DNA of 64,000 nucleotides from Patescibacteria group bacterium. GTDB taxonomy: Bacteria; Patescibacteriota; Minisyncoccia; Phycocordibacterales; UBA9973. The position numbers and the translations under genes were made by a program. The DNA lies in assembly GCA_040390725.1 (NCBI GenBank), contig JAZJXT010000006.1, positions 64,367 through 128,366 of the forward strand, written 5' to 3'. Position 1 is the first letter of the stretch. Every line of letters starts with the position of its first letter. Under the pieces are notes generated by a model. The model worked only from the letters and a program-made list of their open reading frames with translations. It did no database searches and was not told where the DNA came from. Below, piece after piece: positions 19,848 through 29,453 of this stretch.

Positions 19848-20963
19848 TTATTTAAACCAATTAAAGATTTTTTGATACCATTTTATTTTTCTTACTGGTT
19901 CTGGGTTAACTGGAATTTCTAAAACAGGAGCTACTGAAGGCATATTAAGCGTCGTTATATCTTTTGGTGTAACAAGAAAGTTGCCTGTTGAATTTTTAGA
20001 TGGAATAGAAATCTTTTTAGGTGTGATTTGATTTTGTATTTTTAACTCTACAGGAGCTACTATTGGAATTTGTACGGGTGTTTTTACTTGTGTTGGGTCG
20101 TCAACTGTTAAATTAAATGAGGTACTTCCAATTTCAACATCCTTAACCACGACCCTAGCTTTTAAAATAAAGACACCAACCTTTTTAGGAGTTAGCTTTA
20201 AAGCAAAAGCACCATTGTTGCCGTTAAAGTTTAGAAAACTAAGTTCGATACTTTCTGGTAGGTCATAGAATCTAAGCACTGGGGTCTCCTCAATAGGAGT
20301 ATAATTTATGTTGGCAGAGTAAGAAGTATTTATCATCGCATTTGGTAAATAATAGGTAGAAATTTTTAATGGCTTAGTGCAAGGAGGATTATTATTATCT
20401 GAAGGTAGTGAACTATCCCAGACACTTCCCGAACCGTTATACTTAACACACAAAGCATTGAATCTTATTTGAATACTAGTCTCAGCTCTTTCTGTTTGCT
20501 GTCTAAGGGTATCTTCGTGTTCTTGTAAGCACTGGTTGCGAGAAGTTACCGTAGCATTAAAAAGTTCTATACTTCTACGACATGAATCTAATTTATCTTG
20601 TCCTAACGTTGAAGAAGTATCAAAAGAAGAACCGAGCAAGCCACTTCTAGCACTCATAGCTCTTTGTGTGGCTCTTTGAGCATCAACTTCTTGCTGAACT
20701 CTTGCATAGTCTGATTCAGTTGAGCAAGATAGACCATAAACAATTTGTGGGCAAGAATCGTAAGAGGTAGTACGACATTCGTCAGTATCAGAAAAATAAA
20801 CAGAACTATTTACCCATCCATCATTACATTGAACCTTACCAGTATATGTTGCCCCCACTGAACAGTTAACACCACCATGATATGAACAAGCCCCCGAAGT
20901 TGCGAACACTGAGATAGTTGGAATAATAAAACTAAACAAAACAAATAATATAATTTTTTTCAT
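19848..20963 (-). CDS. secreted Cys-rich hypothetical protein
   Basis: Signal peptide, ATSGACSYHGGVNC...CNDGW motif, Ig-like segment. Confidence 0.7.
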   Translation of the reverse strand: MKKIILFVLFSFIIPTISVFATSGACSYHGGVNCSVGATYTGKVQCNDGWVNSSVYFSDTDECRTTSYDSCPQIVYGLSCSTESDYARVQQEVDAQRATQRAMSARSGLLGSSFDTSSTLGQDKLDSCRRSIELFNATVTSRNQCLQEHEDTLRQQTERAETSIQIRFNALCVKYNGSGSVWDSSLPSDNNNPPCTKPLKISTYYLPNAMINTSYSANINYTPIEETPVLRFYDLPESIELSFLNFNGNNGAFALKLTPKKVGVFILKARVVVKDVEIGSTSFNLTVDDPTQVKTPVQIPIVAPVELKIQNQITPKKISIPSKNSTGNFLVTPKDITTLNMPSVAPVLEIPVNPEPVRKIKWYQKIFNWFK

Positions 20964-20991
20964 AAGATTTTTTTAATTGATAAACCTAGTG

Positions 20992-21120
20992 AGTGGGTAG
21001 CAAAAATCCCACTACCAGAGGTGAAGTCTTACGACTTCCATGCAAGTTTCCCTGCACGACGCACGATACGCACCCTGATAATGGGGTTTCTAGTATCGTG
21101 CAATTTTTTCACCATGCCTC
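20992..21120 (-). ncRNA. candidate structured RNA (multi-hairpin)
   Basis: Several stems with GAAA/GTAA tetraloops on the minus strand in a GC-rich intergenic island. Confidence 0.45.
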
Positions 21121-21125
21121 TATTT

Positions 21126-21419
21126 CTAAAGGTTTAGGCTACTGATTAAGTTGTAAATAAAGGATAACATATTTGTACTTTTCTTACTATGCTTACGTAT
21201 TTTTTCTTGAACTAAGAAGTGTAATTTTAATGCCGTAGAAAAGTAATATAAATATGGATTAGCGGTGACAAAATTGTATTCTGATTCAGTTATTTTTAAA
21301 ATTGTATTATCAACACAGTAAAAATATCTTTTCTTATGTTGAATAACTACTGCAACATATTGGAAAACTTCAACAACATTACTTTCAACAAGACTAATAT
21401 TTAATTTTGTTATTTCCAT
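21126..21419 (-). CDS. hypothetical protein downstream of SAM riboswitch
   Basis: 97-aa ORF directly after the riboswitch terminator. Confidence 0.6.
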   Translation of the reverse strand: MEITKLNISLVESNVVEVFQYVAVVIQHKKRYFYCVDNTILKITESEYNFVTANPYLYYFSTALKLHFLVQEKIRKHSKKSTNMLSFIYNLISSLNL

Positions 21420-21439
21420 AACTTTATTTAATTAATAAT

Positions 21440-21473
21440 AAAAAAACCCTTTCCGAATACGAAGAAAGAGTTT
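21440..21473 (-). terminator. riboswitch expression-platform terminator
   Basis: AAACTCTTTCT-loop-GGAAAGGGTTT plus T-run. Confidence 0.7.
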
Positions 21474-21480
21474 ACGACTA

Positions 21481-21580
21481 TATATCTTTCCCCGTATGGG
21501 GCTGAATTTAGCACCGTTGCCTTTTGGCTGGTTGCTGGTAGGTCATAGAGTCAGTACTCTCGCTACACTCTCGATAATTC
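21481..21580 (-). promoter_or_regulatory. SAM-I (S-box) family riboswitch
   Basis: Minus strand TTATCGAGAG...GAGAGTACTGACTCTATGA...CAGCAACC...GGTGCTAAATTC...GAAAGATA follows the S-box consensus order. Confidence 0.75.
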
Positions 21581-21944
21581 CCTATTTAGTTGTAAATAAA
21601 TGATAACATATTTACAATTCCCTAGCCACATTTGCCAATAGTTAAATATAAGTAAAATGTTGTTTAAATTGAGTTTTTTGTCCACATTTTAATAACATAT
21701 TTGCCCACTTTTTAATTTTGAGAGTTTTTTTAGTGTGCTATAATAAAAGCACAACTGACAAGAAATTGTCAAAAATATAGTAGATATAAATTATCTTTTT
21801 TCGTTATAGTTTTGAAGTAAGTTTTTTTCTGAAATAAAACCAAAAACGAATCACAAGAAACTTTCGCGGTCAGCGAAAAGGCTATTAAAAGTTGCAAATT
21901 TTACGAGAAGCACTGAAGCAAGATTTTTAAAATAAGAAAAATAA

Positions 21945-22505
21945 ATGAATGAATTAGAAAAAAAAGAAAAAGGAAAGGGTTGGTTTAGGGTAGAAAATAT
22001 CTTTATTGATAAGTACGCAGAAATAATTGGCTACACCGCTTCAATCATTTATATATGTATCAGAAGACACGAGTATTTAAACAAAAAAGTTGCTTTTCCG
22101 TCAGAAGAATTTATTGCAAAAAAACTTGGCATGAACACAAGGACAGTTATTAGACACCTAAAAATATTAAAAGCTCACAATTTAATAATCGTAAAAAAAT
22201 TAAAACACAATGGGAAGCACTATAATAATACATATTTATTGACTCCAGCAAATGAATGGTTGATTAAACCAGGAGAATTTACGCAATCCCCTTACGTGAC
22301 AAATAATACTCCTACACCTGACAAAAAAGACATAGACCAAGTGACAGAAAGTCACAGTAATAAGACTAATATAAAGAAGACTAATATAAAAAGTGATTCT
22401 TTAAAAGAATCAGGAGAAGATACAGAAAAAGTCTCTAGTAATTTCTTAAAAGCAATAAATGCACATAGAAAAAAACTTAATATTCAGCCTGCCATCCCCG
22501 CATGA
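21945..22505 (+). CDS. helix-turn-helix replication initiator-like protein
   Basis: AFPS...IA.KLGM..RTV.R.L..L....LI..., N.Y.L; internal iteron-like repeats. Confidence 0.7.
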   Translation: MNELEKKEKGKGWFRVENIFIDKYAEIIGYTASIIYICIRRHEYLNKKVAFPSEEFIAKKLGMNTRTVIRHLKILKAHNLIIVKKLKHNGKHYNNTYLLTPANEWLIKPGEFTQSPYVTNNTPTPDKKDIDQVTESHSNKTNIKKTNIKSDSLKESGEDTEKVSSNFLKAINAHRKKLNIQPAIPA

Positions 22506-22687
22506 GTACTTTAGCCGAAACATTACTAAACCTAAGTCCCGAAGAAAAACGCAACTTTGTTGGATTCTTTGAGCTACTTTTAAAGGTCGATAAAAGAGTG
22601 AACCCTCACCTGTACCCTATAAAATCTCTAGTGCTGAGTAACCCACTTTTGTGGCAAGATGCCGACTTGCAATGTAAAGTAGTGTAA
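22502..22687 (+). CDS. small hypothetical protein
   Basis: Overlaps rep stop (ATGA coupling); NFVGFFELLLKVDKR.NP. Confidence 0.5.
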   Translation: MSTLAETLLNLSPEEKRNFVGFFELLLKVDKRVNPHLYPIKSLVLSNPLLWQDADLQCKVV

Positions 22688-22705
22688 AGTATACTTAATT
22701 TATAT

Positions 22706-22882
22706 ATGAAAAATAAACCTTTCTACAAAGCAGAAGACCTCGCAAAAATGTTAGAAGTAAACATAATGACAATTTACCGTTACATAAAAGCAGGTCGCTT
22801 GAAAGCGTACAAAATCGGTCGTGATTTTAGAATTGATAAAAAAGAGTTTAATAAGTTTTTAGAAAAAGTTAAGACTAAATAA
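22706..22882 (+). CDS. excisionase-family HTH DNA-binding protein
   Basis: Manual translation MKNKPFYKAEDLAKMLEVNIMTIYRYIKAGRLKAYKIGRDFRIDKKEF...; 58 aa, below ORF-track cutoff. Confidence 0.88.
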   Translation: MKNKPFYKAEDLAKMLEVNIMTIYRYIKAGRLKAYKIGRDFRIDKKEFNKFLEKVKTK

Positions 22883-22884
22883 AT

Positions 22885-24399
22885 ATGAAAGCTATAATTC
22901 TTGCAAGAGTATCAACAGAAGAACAAAAAGAAGCGGGTAATTCCCTGCCTGCTCAAGTTGCTCGTATAGAAAGTTATTGTAAAAAAAATAACTTTACAGT
23001 TATTGACACCTATAGTTTCGATGAAAGTGCCTACAAAGAAAAACGAGACGAATTTGATAAAATTCTATCAAAGATAAACGAACAAAAGGAAAAAATTGCA
23101 ATTTGTTTTGATAAAGTTGATAGATTCTCTAGAAATGTTTTTGACCAGAGAGTATCAGCCCTATACGAATTAGCAATGAAAGATGAAGTAGAACTACACT
23201 TTGTCTCAGACAACTTAATTATCACTCCAAATATTTCCGCAACGGAGAAATTTCACTTTGGGATAAATTTAGGTCTTGCTAAATATTATTCTGATGCTAT
23301 TAGTGATAGCGTAAAGCGTACTTACGAAAAAATGAGAAGAAATGGTGTTTATCCAAGCAAGCCACCACTGGGATATGTTCGGTCAAAAGATGCTTATGGT
23401 AAAAGCACAATTATTCTCGACCTTGAACGCTCTCACATAGTTACTAAAATGTTTGAATTATATGCTACTGGAAACTACTCGATTGAAACTTTACGCCAAG
23501 AAGTAATAAAAATGGGATTAAAGAGTTACGGTGGTCTTCTTCCTCCAAAAAGTTGTATTGATAATATGATTAGAAATTCTTTTTATTATGGAATTGTTAC
23601 ATCAAAAAAATATCCTCCGTACGCACACAAATATCAAACTATAACCACTAAAGAAATTTTTGATAAATGCCAAGAAGTTAGAGAAAAAAAACGAACCAGC
23701 CGACCAAAATTTCTTTCGAAAGACTTTATTTTTAAAGGCTTACTTACTTGTAAAAATTGCAACTGCCTACTAACCCCAGAAATGCACCAGAAAAAAAGCG
23801 GGCTGGTTTTTATCTACTACTCTTGCAAAAACACAAAAGGAATATGTAAGCGTTTTTATATACCAGAAAAAAAATTACTAGAACCAATTATTAAAGACTT
23901 GGAACTTTTTGAAAAAATACCCGAAGAAGCACAAGAATATCTTGTAAAAGAATTAAGACAAGCAACAGAATCAGAAGTTGTCTTTCATAAAAACCAAGTC
24001 AGTCGCATAAGAGCCGAATACGACAGGGTTAAGCAGAGAGACGATAATCTGCTTGAAATCTTCTTAGACAAAAGTATTGATAAGGATACTTACGATAAAA
24101 AGCATCAAGAATATCAGGACAAACTCCAGCTTTTAGGTATTGAGAGCGAAGAACACACAAGAGCTGATTTTGATTATCAAACTACCGTTGCCACAATCTT
24201 TTCTATATCACGTAGAGCAAAAAGTATTTTTGAAAGTTCTGACGCTCACGAAAAAAGAGCATTTTTAAATTACTTAATTCAGAACCCGACTGTAAGTGAA
24301 AAAAACCTAGTATATACACTACGTTCTCCATATAATCTACTGCTAGAAATGACTGGTCGTCCTTCTTGGGGTGACTACTGGGAGTTGAACCCAGACTAA
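22885..24399 (+). CDS. large serine recombinase (integrase)
   Basis: ARVSTEEQ catalytic Ser, DRFSRN, recombinase domain, Zn ribbon (CKNC...YYSC...C), coiled coil; last codons are antisense to tRNA-His. Confidence 0.95.
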   Translation: MKAIILARVSTEEQKEAGNSLPAQVARIESYCKKNNFTVIDTYSFDESAYKEKRDEFDKILSKINEQKEKIAICFDKVDRFSRNVFDQRVSALYELAMKDEVELHFVSDNLIITPNISATEKFHFGINLGLAKYYSDAISDSVKRTYEKMRRNGVYPSKPPLGYVRSKDAYGKSTIILDLERSHIVTKMFELYATGNYSIETLRQEVIKMGLKSYGGLLPPKSCIDNMIRNSFYYGIVTSKKYPPYAHKYQTITTKEIFDKCQEVREKKRTSRPKFLSKDFIFKGLLTCKNCNCLLTPEMHQKKSGLVFIYYSCKNTKGICKRFYIPEKKLLEPIIKDLELFEKIPEEAQEYLVKELRQATESEVVFHKNQVSRIRAEYDRVKQRDDNLLEIFLDKSIDKDTYDKKHQEYQDKLQLLGIESEEHTRADFDYQTTVATIFSISRRAKSIFESSDAHEKRAFLNYLIQNPTVSEKNLVYTLRSPYNLLLEMTGRPSWGDYWELNPD

Positions 24400-24441
24400 G
24401 AGCTCCACAAGCTCGTGTGCTACCGCTACACCATAGCCACC
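24367..24441 (-). tRNA. tRNA-His(GTG)
   Basis: GGTGGCTATGGTGTAGCGGTAGCAC-GAGCTT GTG GAGCTC-...GGTTCAACTCCC...CACCCCA with G-1 and encoded CCA. Confidence 0.95.
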
Positions 24442-24488
24442 ATGTATATCTTACCTTTCAATAAGACTAGTTATTTATAGCATATAAG

Positions 24489-26795
24489 TTAACTTTTGAA
24501 AATATGTGCTGGGTGAACTGGTTTATTGTATAGATTTCTACGACGCATAAAATATTTTGCAATTTCATTGACACACATATAAATAACTAGAATTCCAAGC
24601 AGGGTCATGATTTCTGAAAACGAAAGTGGTTCAAATTTAAATACTTTTGCGAGTCCTCCCGTATAAACGAAAACAAAAGGCAAAATTGCTGAAACAAGAA
24701 TCCCTAATGCAAGAGGCACAGAAAGCGCAGGAGATTTAAATAATGAACGTGAAGAACGAATAGACAATACAAGGGCAAGCTCTGCTAAAACTGAAAGGAT
24801 AAACCAACCTGTTTGAAAACTCGCGACGTCATGACTTTTATATATTTGAAAATAAATAAAATCAAAGACACTCGATAACATTCCAAAAATAAAAACTCTT
24901 TTCATAATCTTGTTCGGCTCATAGTGTGGCACGTGTCGTAAAGCATAATCATCTATATTATCGGTAACGATGAGCATCAAAGGCAAATCTGTTAAAAGAT
25001 TATTTAAAAGAATTTGCACTGGTAACATTGGAAGTTCTTTATAAAAAAATGAAGCGACGAGAAGAGAGAAAAATGTGCCGGCATTACCGGAAAGCGTATA
25101 CATAATATATGTCAGGATATTCCTAAATGCTTTTCTTCCCATCGAAACACCGGTCAAAATCGGGCTCAAATCTTTTTCAAGTAAAATAACGTCAGCGGAT
25201 TCTTTGGCAATATCAGCTGCATTGTCCACTGCCATTCCTATGTCCGCGCGTTTTAATGCAAGCGCGTCATTTATGCCATCACCTAAAAATGCAACCGGAC
25301 CTAATTTAATATATCTATCTATTAATTCCAATTTATTTTCCGGCGTACATTTCGCAAACACAACAGCGCGACGAAGCTGTTTGTCGGAAAGATCTGCGAC
25401 TTTTACATCCTCAAAAGAAATAACATTATCTGAAGTTTTTATTAATCCCAATTCTTCAGCGACGTTTACGGCGACTGCCTTGGAATCCCCGGTTAAAATT
25501 TTCACACCTATACCACGCTCATGCGCGATGCGTAACGATTCTGAAGCGCTAGATTTGATAGGGTCATCAAAAGCAACATATCCGGAAAAATTCCATTCAC
25601 CTGCGCGCCCTTCAGCTATAGCAATAACTCTCATTCCCTTTTTTTCATATTCTAATGCGGACTTTTTTATTGATTCTTTTATGTTTTTACAAAGAGCAAA
25701 AACTTTTAAACTTTGTCCGCGGGCTACCTTGTCACCTCCTTCTAAAATATATGAAGAATAGCCGACACTACTTTTAAACGGTTCAAAACTTTTTATTTTT
25801 CTGGCGCTAGTTTTTATTTTCCCTATTGAAGAATTCAACGCATTATCAAATGCTTCATCCATCGGCGTCCTTTCGTATTCTCCTTCTGAAATAGCATTTG
25901 AGGCCTCCCAAAAATTATTTACATCATTCACAGTGGAAACTTTTAATTTATTTTCTGTTATTGTGCCTGTTTTATCTGTAAGTAAAAACTGTACAGAGCC
26001 AAGACCCTGGAGAGACGACAATCTTTTAACGATAACTTTATTTTTAGAAAGCAAAAGAGATTCACGAGTTAAAATCAAAGTAATAATGAGTGGAAGCATT
26101 TCCGGCACCACACCGACGAGCATCGCAATAGCAAAAATAAAAAATTGCACGAGCTCATATTTATGCATTACAAAAACAAGAAAGATCATCGCAATGAGCA
26201 ATGTGATAATAGAAATTATAAAAATATATTTCACGACTTTTTCCGTGAAGACTGCAAAACTACTATATTTTTTTACCGATTCCAATTTTGCTCTATATTT
26301 TGAAAGTGAAGATTGATCACCGAGAGCTATCACTCGCCCGACTATTTTCCCGCCCGCGACTATCGCTCCGGCGTAAAGTTTTTCACCCATATTTATTTCT
26401 TTCGGCTCTGTCTCACCTGTACGTACTGAATCATCAATAAAAGCACTTTCAGATTCTACAACTTCCACATCTACTGGTGCCACTGACCCTGCCACAAAAT
26501 GCACAATATCCCCGAGCACCAACTCACTCGCTAAAATTTGTACTAATTTTCCTTTTCGAAAAACATAAACTTTCGACTGCACAAGATGCAGTAATTTCTC
26601 TGATGCTTTTGATGCTTTGAATTCTTGGTAAAAACCCATCACAATATTTGCAAACATTATTGCGAAAATAATTATACCGTCATTTTTGTCTCCCAAATAA
26701 ATAGAAAGTATCCCGGAAATTGCAAGCAACACAAAAAACAACGAAGCCACCTGGCTCCACAAAACATTCAAAGCTAATTTAATATCTTCCTGCAC
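24489..26795 (-). CDS. mgtA: P-type ATPase, MgtA-like Mg2+ transporter
   Basis: PEMLP, DKTGT, TGD, GDGIND, QILLNNLLTD. Confidence 0.8.
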   Translation of the reverse strand: MQEDIKLALNVLWSQVASLFFVLLAISGILSIYLGDKNDGIIIFAIMFANIVMGFYQEFKASKASEKLLHLVQSKVYVFRKGKLVQILASELVLGDIVHFVAGSVAPVDVEVVESESAFIDDSVRTGETEPKEINMGEKLYAGAIVAGGKIVGRVIALGDQSSLSKYRAKLESVKKYSSFAVFTEKVVKYIFIISIITLLIAMIFLVFVMHKYELVQFFIFAIAMLVGVVPEMLPLIITLILTRESLLLSKNKVIVKRLSSLQGLGSVQFLLTDKTGTITENKLKVSTVNDVNNFWEASNAISEGEYERTPMDEAFDNALNSSIGKIKTSARKIKSFEPFKSSVGYSSYILEGGDKVARGQSLKVFALCKNIKESIKKSALEYEKKGMRVIAIAEGRAGEWNFSGYVAFDDPIKSSASESLRIAHERGIGVKILTGDSKAVAVNVAEELGLIKTSDNVISFEDVKVADLSDKQLRRAVVFAKCTPENKLELIDRYIKLGPVAFLGDGINDALALKRADIGMAVDNAADIAKESADVILLEKDLSPILTGVSMGRKAFRNILTYIMYTLSGNAGTFFSLLVASFFYKELPMLPVQILLNNLLTDLPLMLIVTDNIDDYALRHVPHYEPNKIMKRVFIFGMLSSVFDFIYFQIYKSHDVASFQTGWFILSVLAELALVLSIRSSRSLFKSPALSVPLALGILVSAILPFVFVYTGGLAKVFKFEPLSFSEIMTLLGILVIYMCVNEIAKYFMRRRNLYNKPVHPAHIFKS

Positions 26796-26840
26796 ATATA
26801 TATGATAGCATATTAACTTTTAAAGTTTTATAATATAAAT

Positions 26841-28754
26841 ATGCCGAAACATCTAATACGCAAACTCCATAAGCATTTAAAGCATAAGTACCGCCAAAAA
26901 AGGATGCGCTGGATTCCTGAAACCAAACATGGAGAGCCTGTACCTATTTTTATTAGGATTGGTCTATTGATCTTTGGTTGGGGTCTTATATTATTACCTA
27001 TATTCTTAGGTATATGGCTTATCGGATCTTACGAAATAAAATACAGTTACAGATTTTACCCCGGTATTTTAGTAGGAGGTGAATCAGTCGGAGGCATGAC
27101 GTACGACGAAGCATTAAACCACTTCAAAGAAAAAGCCGATGAATTAAGAAAAGAAGGACTAAATCTAAGACTGGAAAGCTCAAAAGGAATACAGCAAATA
27201 AATATCCCTATGTTAGCTACTGGGCTCACCTCTGATAATTATACAGAATATTTTTCAATTGATAATTGGGAAGATAATTTACGACAAGCTTACCAATGGG
27301 GGCATGGAATCAATATACTCGATGACATAAGAGAGCAAAGCGTATTGATATTCGGAAACAAAAATTTCAACTTTCCAGCCACTACACAAAGAGAAGCTGT
27401 AAAATCCCTGCTCGACAATGAGATAAGTGGTTCCTTTGAGACAGGTATACCGGCAAAATTTTTATCAACAAAAAATGATATATCCATATCAGAAGAAAAA
27501 ACCGGAGAGATTATAAACAAAGAAGAAATAATAAATATTTTAGAAAATAAATTATCTTCATTTGATTCAGCTCCGGCTATTTTCAAAACAACCATAGATA
27601 TTCCAAAAGTTACAAAAGCTGACCTAGAACCATTTTTGGATTTTGCAAAAAGTTTTTCAAAAAATGGTAGTTTAGTATTTCAATATCAAAAACATGAATG
27701 GAAAATAAAGGGACCGAAAATTGCTAATTGGCTCACTATAAAAAAAGAAAATGGTAAAGAAAATAAAATAAATATAGAAAGAAGTATGGTGGAAAATTAT
27801 CTAGCAGATACCGTCGCTCAATTTATAGACAATCCCCCGCAAAATAGCCGTTTTGAAATGCGAAATGGAAAATTAGTCGAAATAACTGCGGGATTTTCAG
27901 GAAACATTATAAATGCAGATAAAGCTATGCAAGATATAGAAAATAAAATTTCCGAAGCAGAAATAAATATTAATAATACAAATAACACGATATATCTACC
28001 GATTGAGACAATACAAGTCGAACCGAAAGTCACAAAAGACACCATTGAAAAATATAAAATAAAAGATTTGGTCGGAAAAATACGCACCAATTTTACGGGT
28101 AGCACGGCCGGCCGTGAACATAATATAAAAATAGGAGTCTCTGCTGTGAATGGTGTACTCATCGCTCCGGGTGAAGAATTTTCAACTGTGTCCGCTATCG
28201 GCCCGGTAACTTCCAAAGAAGGTTATGTAAAAGAATTAGTAATCAAACAAGACAAAACAACTAAAGAGTATGGTGGAGGATTATGCCAAGTCGCCACTTC
28301 TATTTTTCGTTTGGCTCTAAATGCGGGACTGCCCGTCACCGAAAGGCAAAATCACCGTTTCGTCATCCATTACTATGAACCTGGACTCGATGCCACTATA
28401 TATGGACCCCATCCGGATTTTCGTTTTGTAAATGATACTGGGCACTATCTCCTATTGCAGGGCAGAGTGGAAAATAAAGAAGTCATAATGGAACTTTATG
28501 GACAAAAAGATGGGCGTTCTGTAAAAATCTCAAAACCGAATTTATATAATAAAATTCCGGCACCACCGACAAAATATATTCAAACAGCAGAGCTCCCTAT
28601 CGGTGAAACAAAGTGTTCCGAGACTCCGCATGACGGCGTCAGCGCCAGTGTTTTATATGATGTAAATTATCCAAATGGAATAACTAAAAGTAAAATTTTT
28701 AGAAGTGTGTATCAGCCTTGGCAAAAAGTCTGTCTTGTGGGTACGGCCTTATAA
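26841..28754 (+). CDS. VanW family protein with PG-binding repeats
   Basis: R..NI......NG..I.PGEEFS, GGGLCQVAT, ER.NH, GLDAT....DFRF.NDT. Confidence 0.9.
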   Translation: MPKHLIRKLHKHLKHKYRQKRMRWIPETKHGEPVPIFIRIGLLIFGWGLILLPIFLGIWLIGSYEIKYSYRFYPGILVGGESVGGMTYDEALNHFKEKADELRKEGLNLRLESSKGIQQINIPMLATGLTSDNYTEYFSIDNWEDNLRQAYQWGHGINILDDIREQSVLIFGNKNFNFPATTQREAVKSLLDNEISGSFETGIPAKFLSTKNDISISEEKTGEIINKEEIINILENKLSSFDSAPAIFKTTIDIPKVTKADLEPFLDFAKSFSKNGSLVFQYQKHEWKIKGPKIANWLTIKKENGKENKINIERSMVENYLADTVAQFIDNPPQNSRFEMRNGKLVEITAGFSGNIINADKAMQDIENKISEAEININNTNNTIYLPIETIQVEPKVTKDTIEKYKIKDLVGKIRTNFTGSTAGREHNIKIGVSAVNGVLIAPGEEFSTVSAIGPVTSKEGYVKELVIKQDKTTKEYGGGLCQVATSIFRLALNAGLPVTERQNHRFVIHYYEPGLDATIYGPHPDFRFVNDTGHYLLLQGRVENKEVIMELYGQKDGRSVKISKPNLYNKIPAPPTKYIQTAELPIGETKCSETPHDGVSASVLYDVNYPNGITKSKIFRSVYQPWQKVCLVGTAL

Positions 28755-29262
28755 CTATTATTTTTCTTTTCCAGCCGGACATAAATTGGGAGATGGAAAC
28801 TTTTCTAATGCCATCATGTTTACCAGGATCATTATAGTAAATTAAACTATCGTCAAAACCAGTAATGACAATGAGGTGCCCGAAGGAACTTTTCGGATCA
28901 AAACTTCTATGTATCGATGCTATGACCGGACCTTCTTTTACAATATTTTGAAATTGATTAAAGGCGTTTTCTTTGTTGTATTCTGATAAATCAAAAGTCA
29001 TACCTGTCATTCCATGCTTCACAGCCAGGCCAGCCAAGCCTTCATGGCTCCAGCCTACATTTTTTACATAAGCCCCGCTAGAAATTCCCTCCTTTAGCAC
29101 TTCATTTACCGAAGTTGTGTGCGGTTTATAATATTCCACTATCATTGCCACATCTGCCACTCCGCAACCTTTTTGCTTCCATTCCACAGACGAAATATCA
29201 GCGATTTGCGAATATAAAGGCACATTATATGGCATATTTGGCGGTGTCATTATTGGTATCAT
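28699..29262 (-). CDS. C39-like cysteine peptidase
   Basis: VPLYSQ, GCG....AM, GHLIVITG, YYNDP. Confidence 0.85.
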   Translation of the reverse strand: MIPIMTPPNMPYNVPLYSQIADISSVEWKQKGCGVADVAMIVEYYKPHTTSVNEVLKEGISSGAYVKNVGWSHEGLAGLAVKHGMTGMTFDLSEYNKENAFNQFQNIVKEGPVIASIHRSFDPKSSFGHLIVITGFDDSLIYYNDPGKHDGIRKVSISQFMSGWKRKIIVIRPYPQDRLFAKADTHF

Positions 29263-29301
29263 ATACCCACAATGCTAACATATCTATGCTAAAAGTCAAT
29301 G

Positions 29302-29385
29302 TGCCCAGGACAGGACTCGAACCTGCACGCCCTTGCGGGCTTATCCACCTCAAGGATAAATGTCTACCAGTTTCAACACCTGGGC
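29302..29385 (-). tRNA. tRNA-Leu(GAG)
   Basis: GCCCAGGTGTTGAAACTGGTAGAC...TT GAG GT...long variable arm...GGTTCGAGTCC. Confidence 0.93.
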
Positions 29386-29453
29386 ATTTTTTGAGTCTAG
29401 CACATTTTTACAAAATTAAAACCCCGTCTCCGGGGCTCTAACTTTTTTTGTTT

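Larger units (their letters stand above)
16808..24372. mobile_element. ~7.56-kb integrative element (serine recombinase, satellite/IME-like) at tRNA-His 3' end
   Basis: TTGGGGT core at both ends (16808-16814, 24366-24372); carries recombinase, Xis-like HTH, HTH replication protein and accessory cargo. Confidence 0.8.

Noticed and set aside
16808-24372. Prophage
   Set aside because: No terminase, capsid, tail or lysis genes; too small.
25075-26316. Long plus-strand ORFs (228 and 127 aa)
   Set aside because: Antisense shadows of the P-type ATPase; the same applies to most short opposite-strand ORFs in the track.
26841-28754. vanW as evidence of vancomycin resistance
   Set aside because: No vanHAX/vanRS cluster; VanW-domain proteins occur widely on their own.
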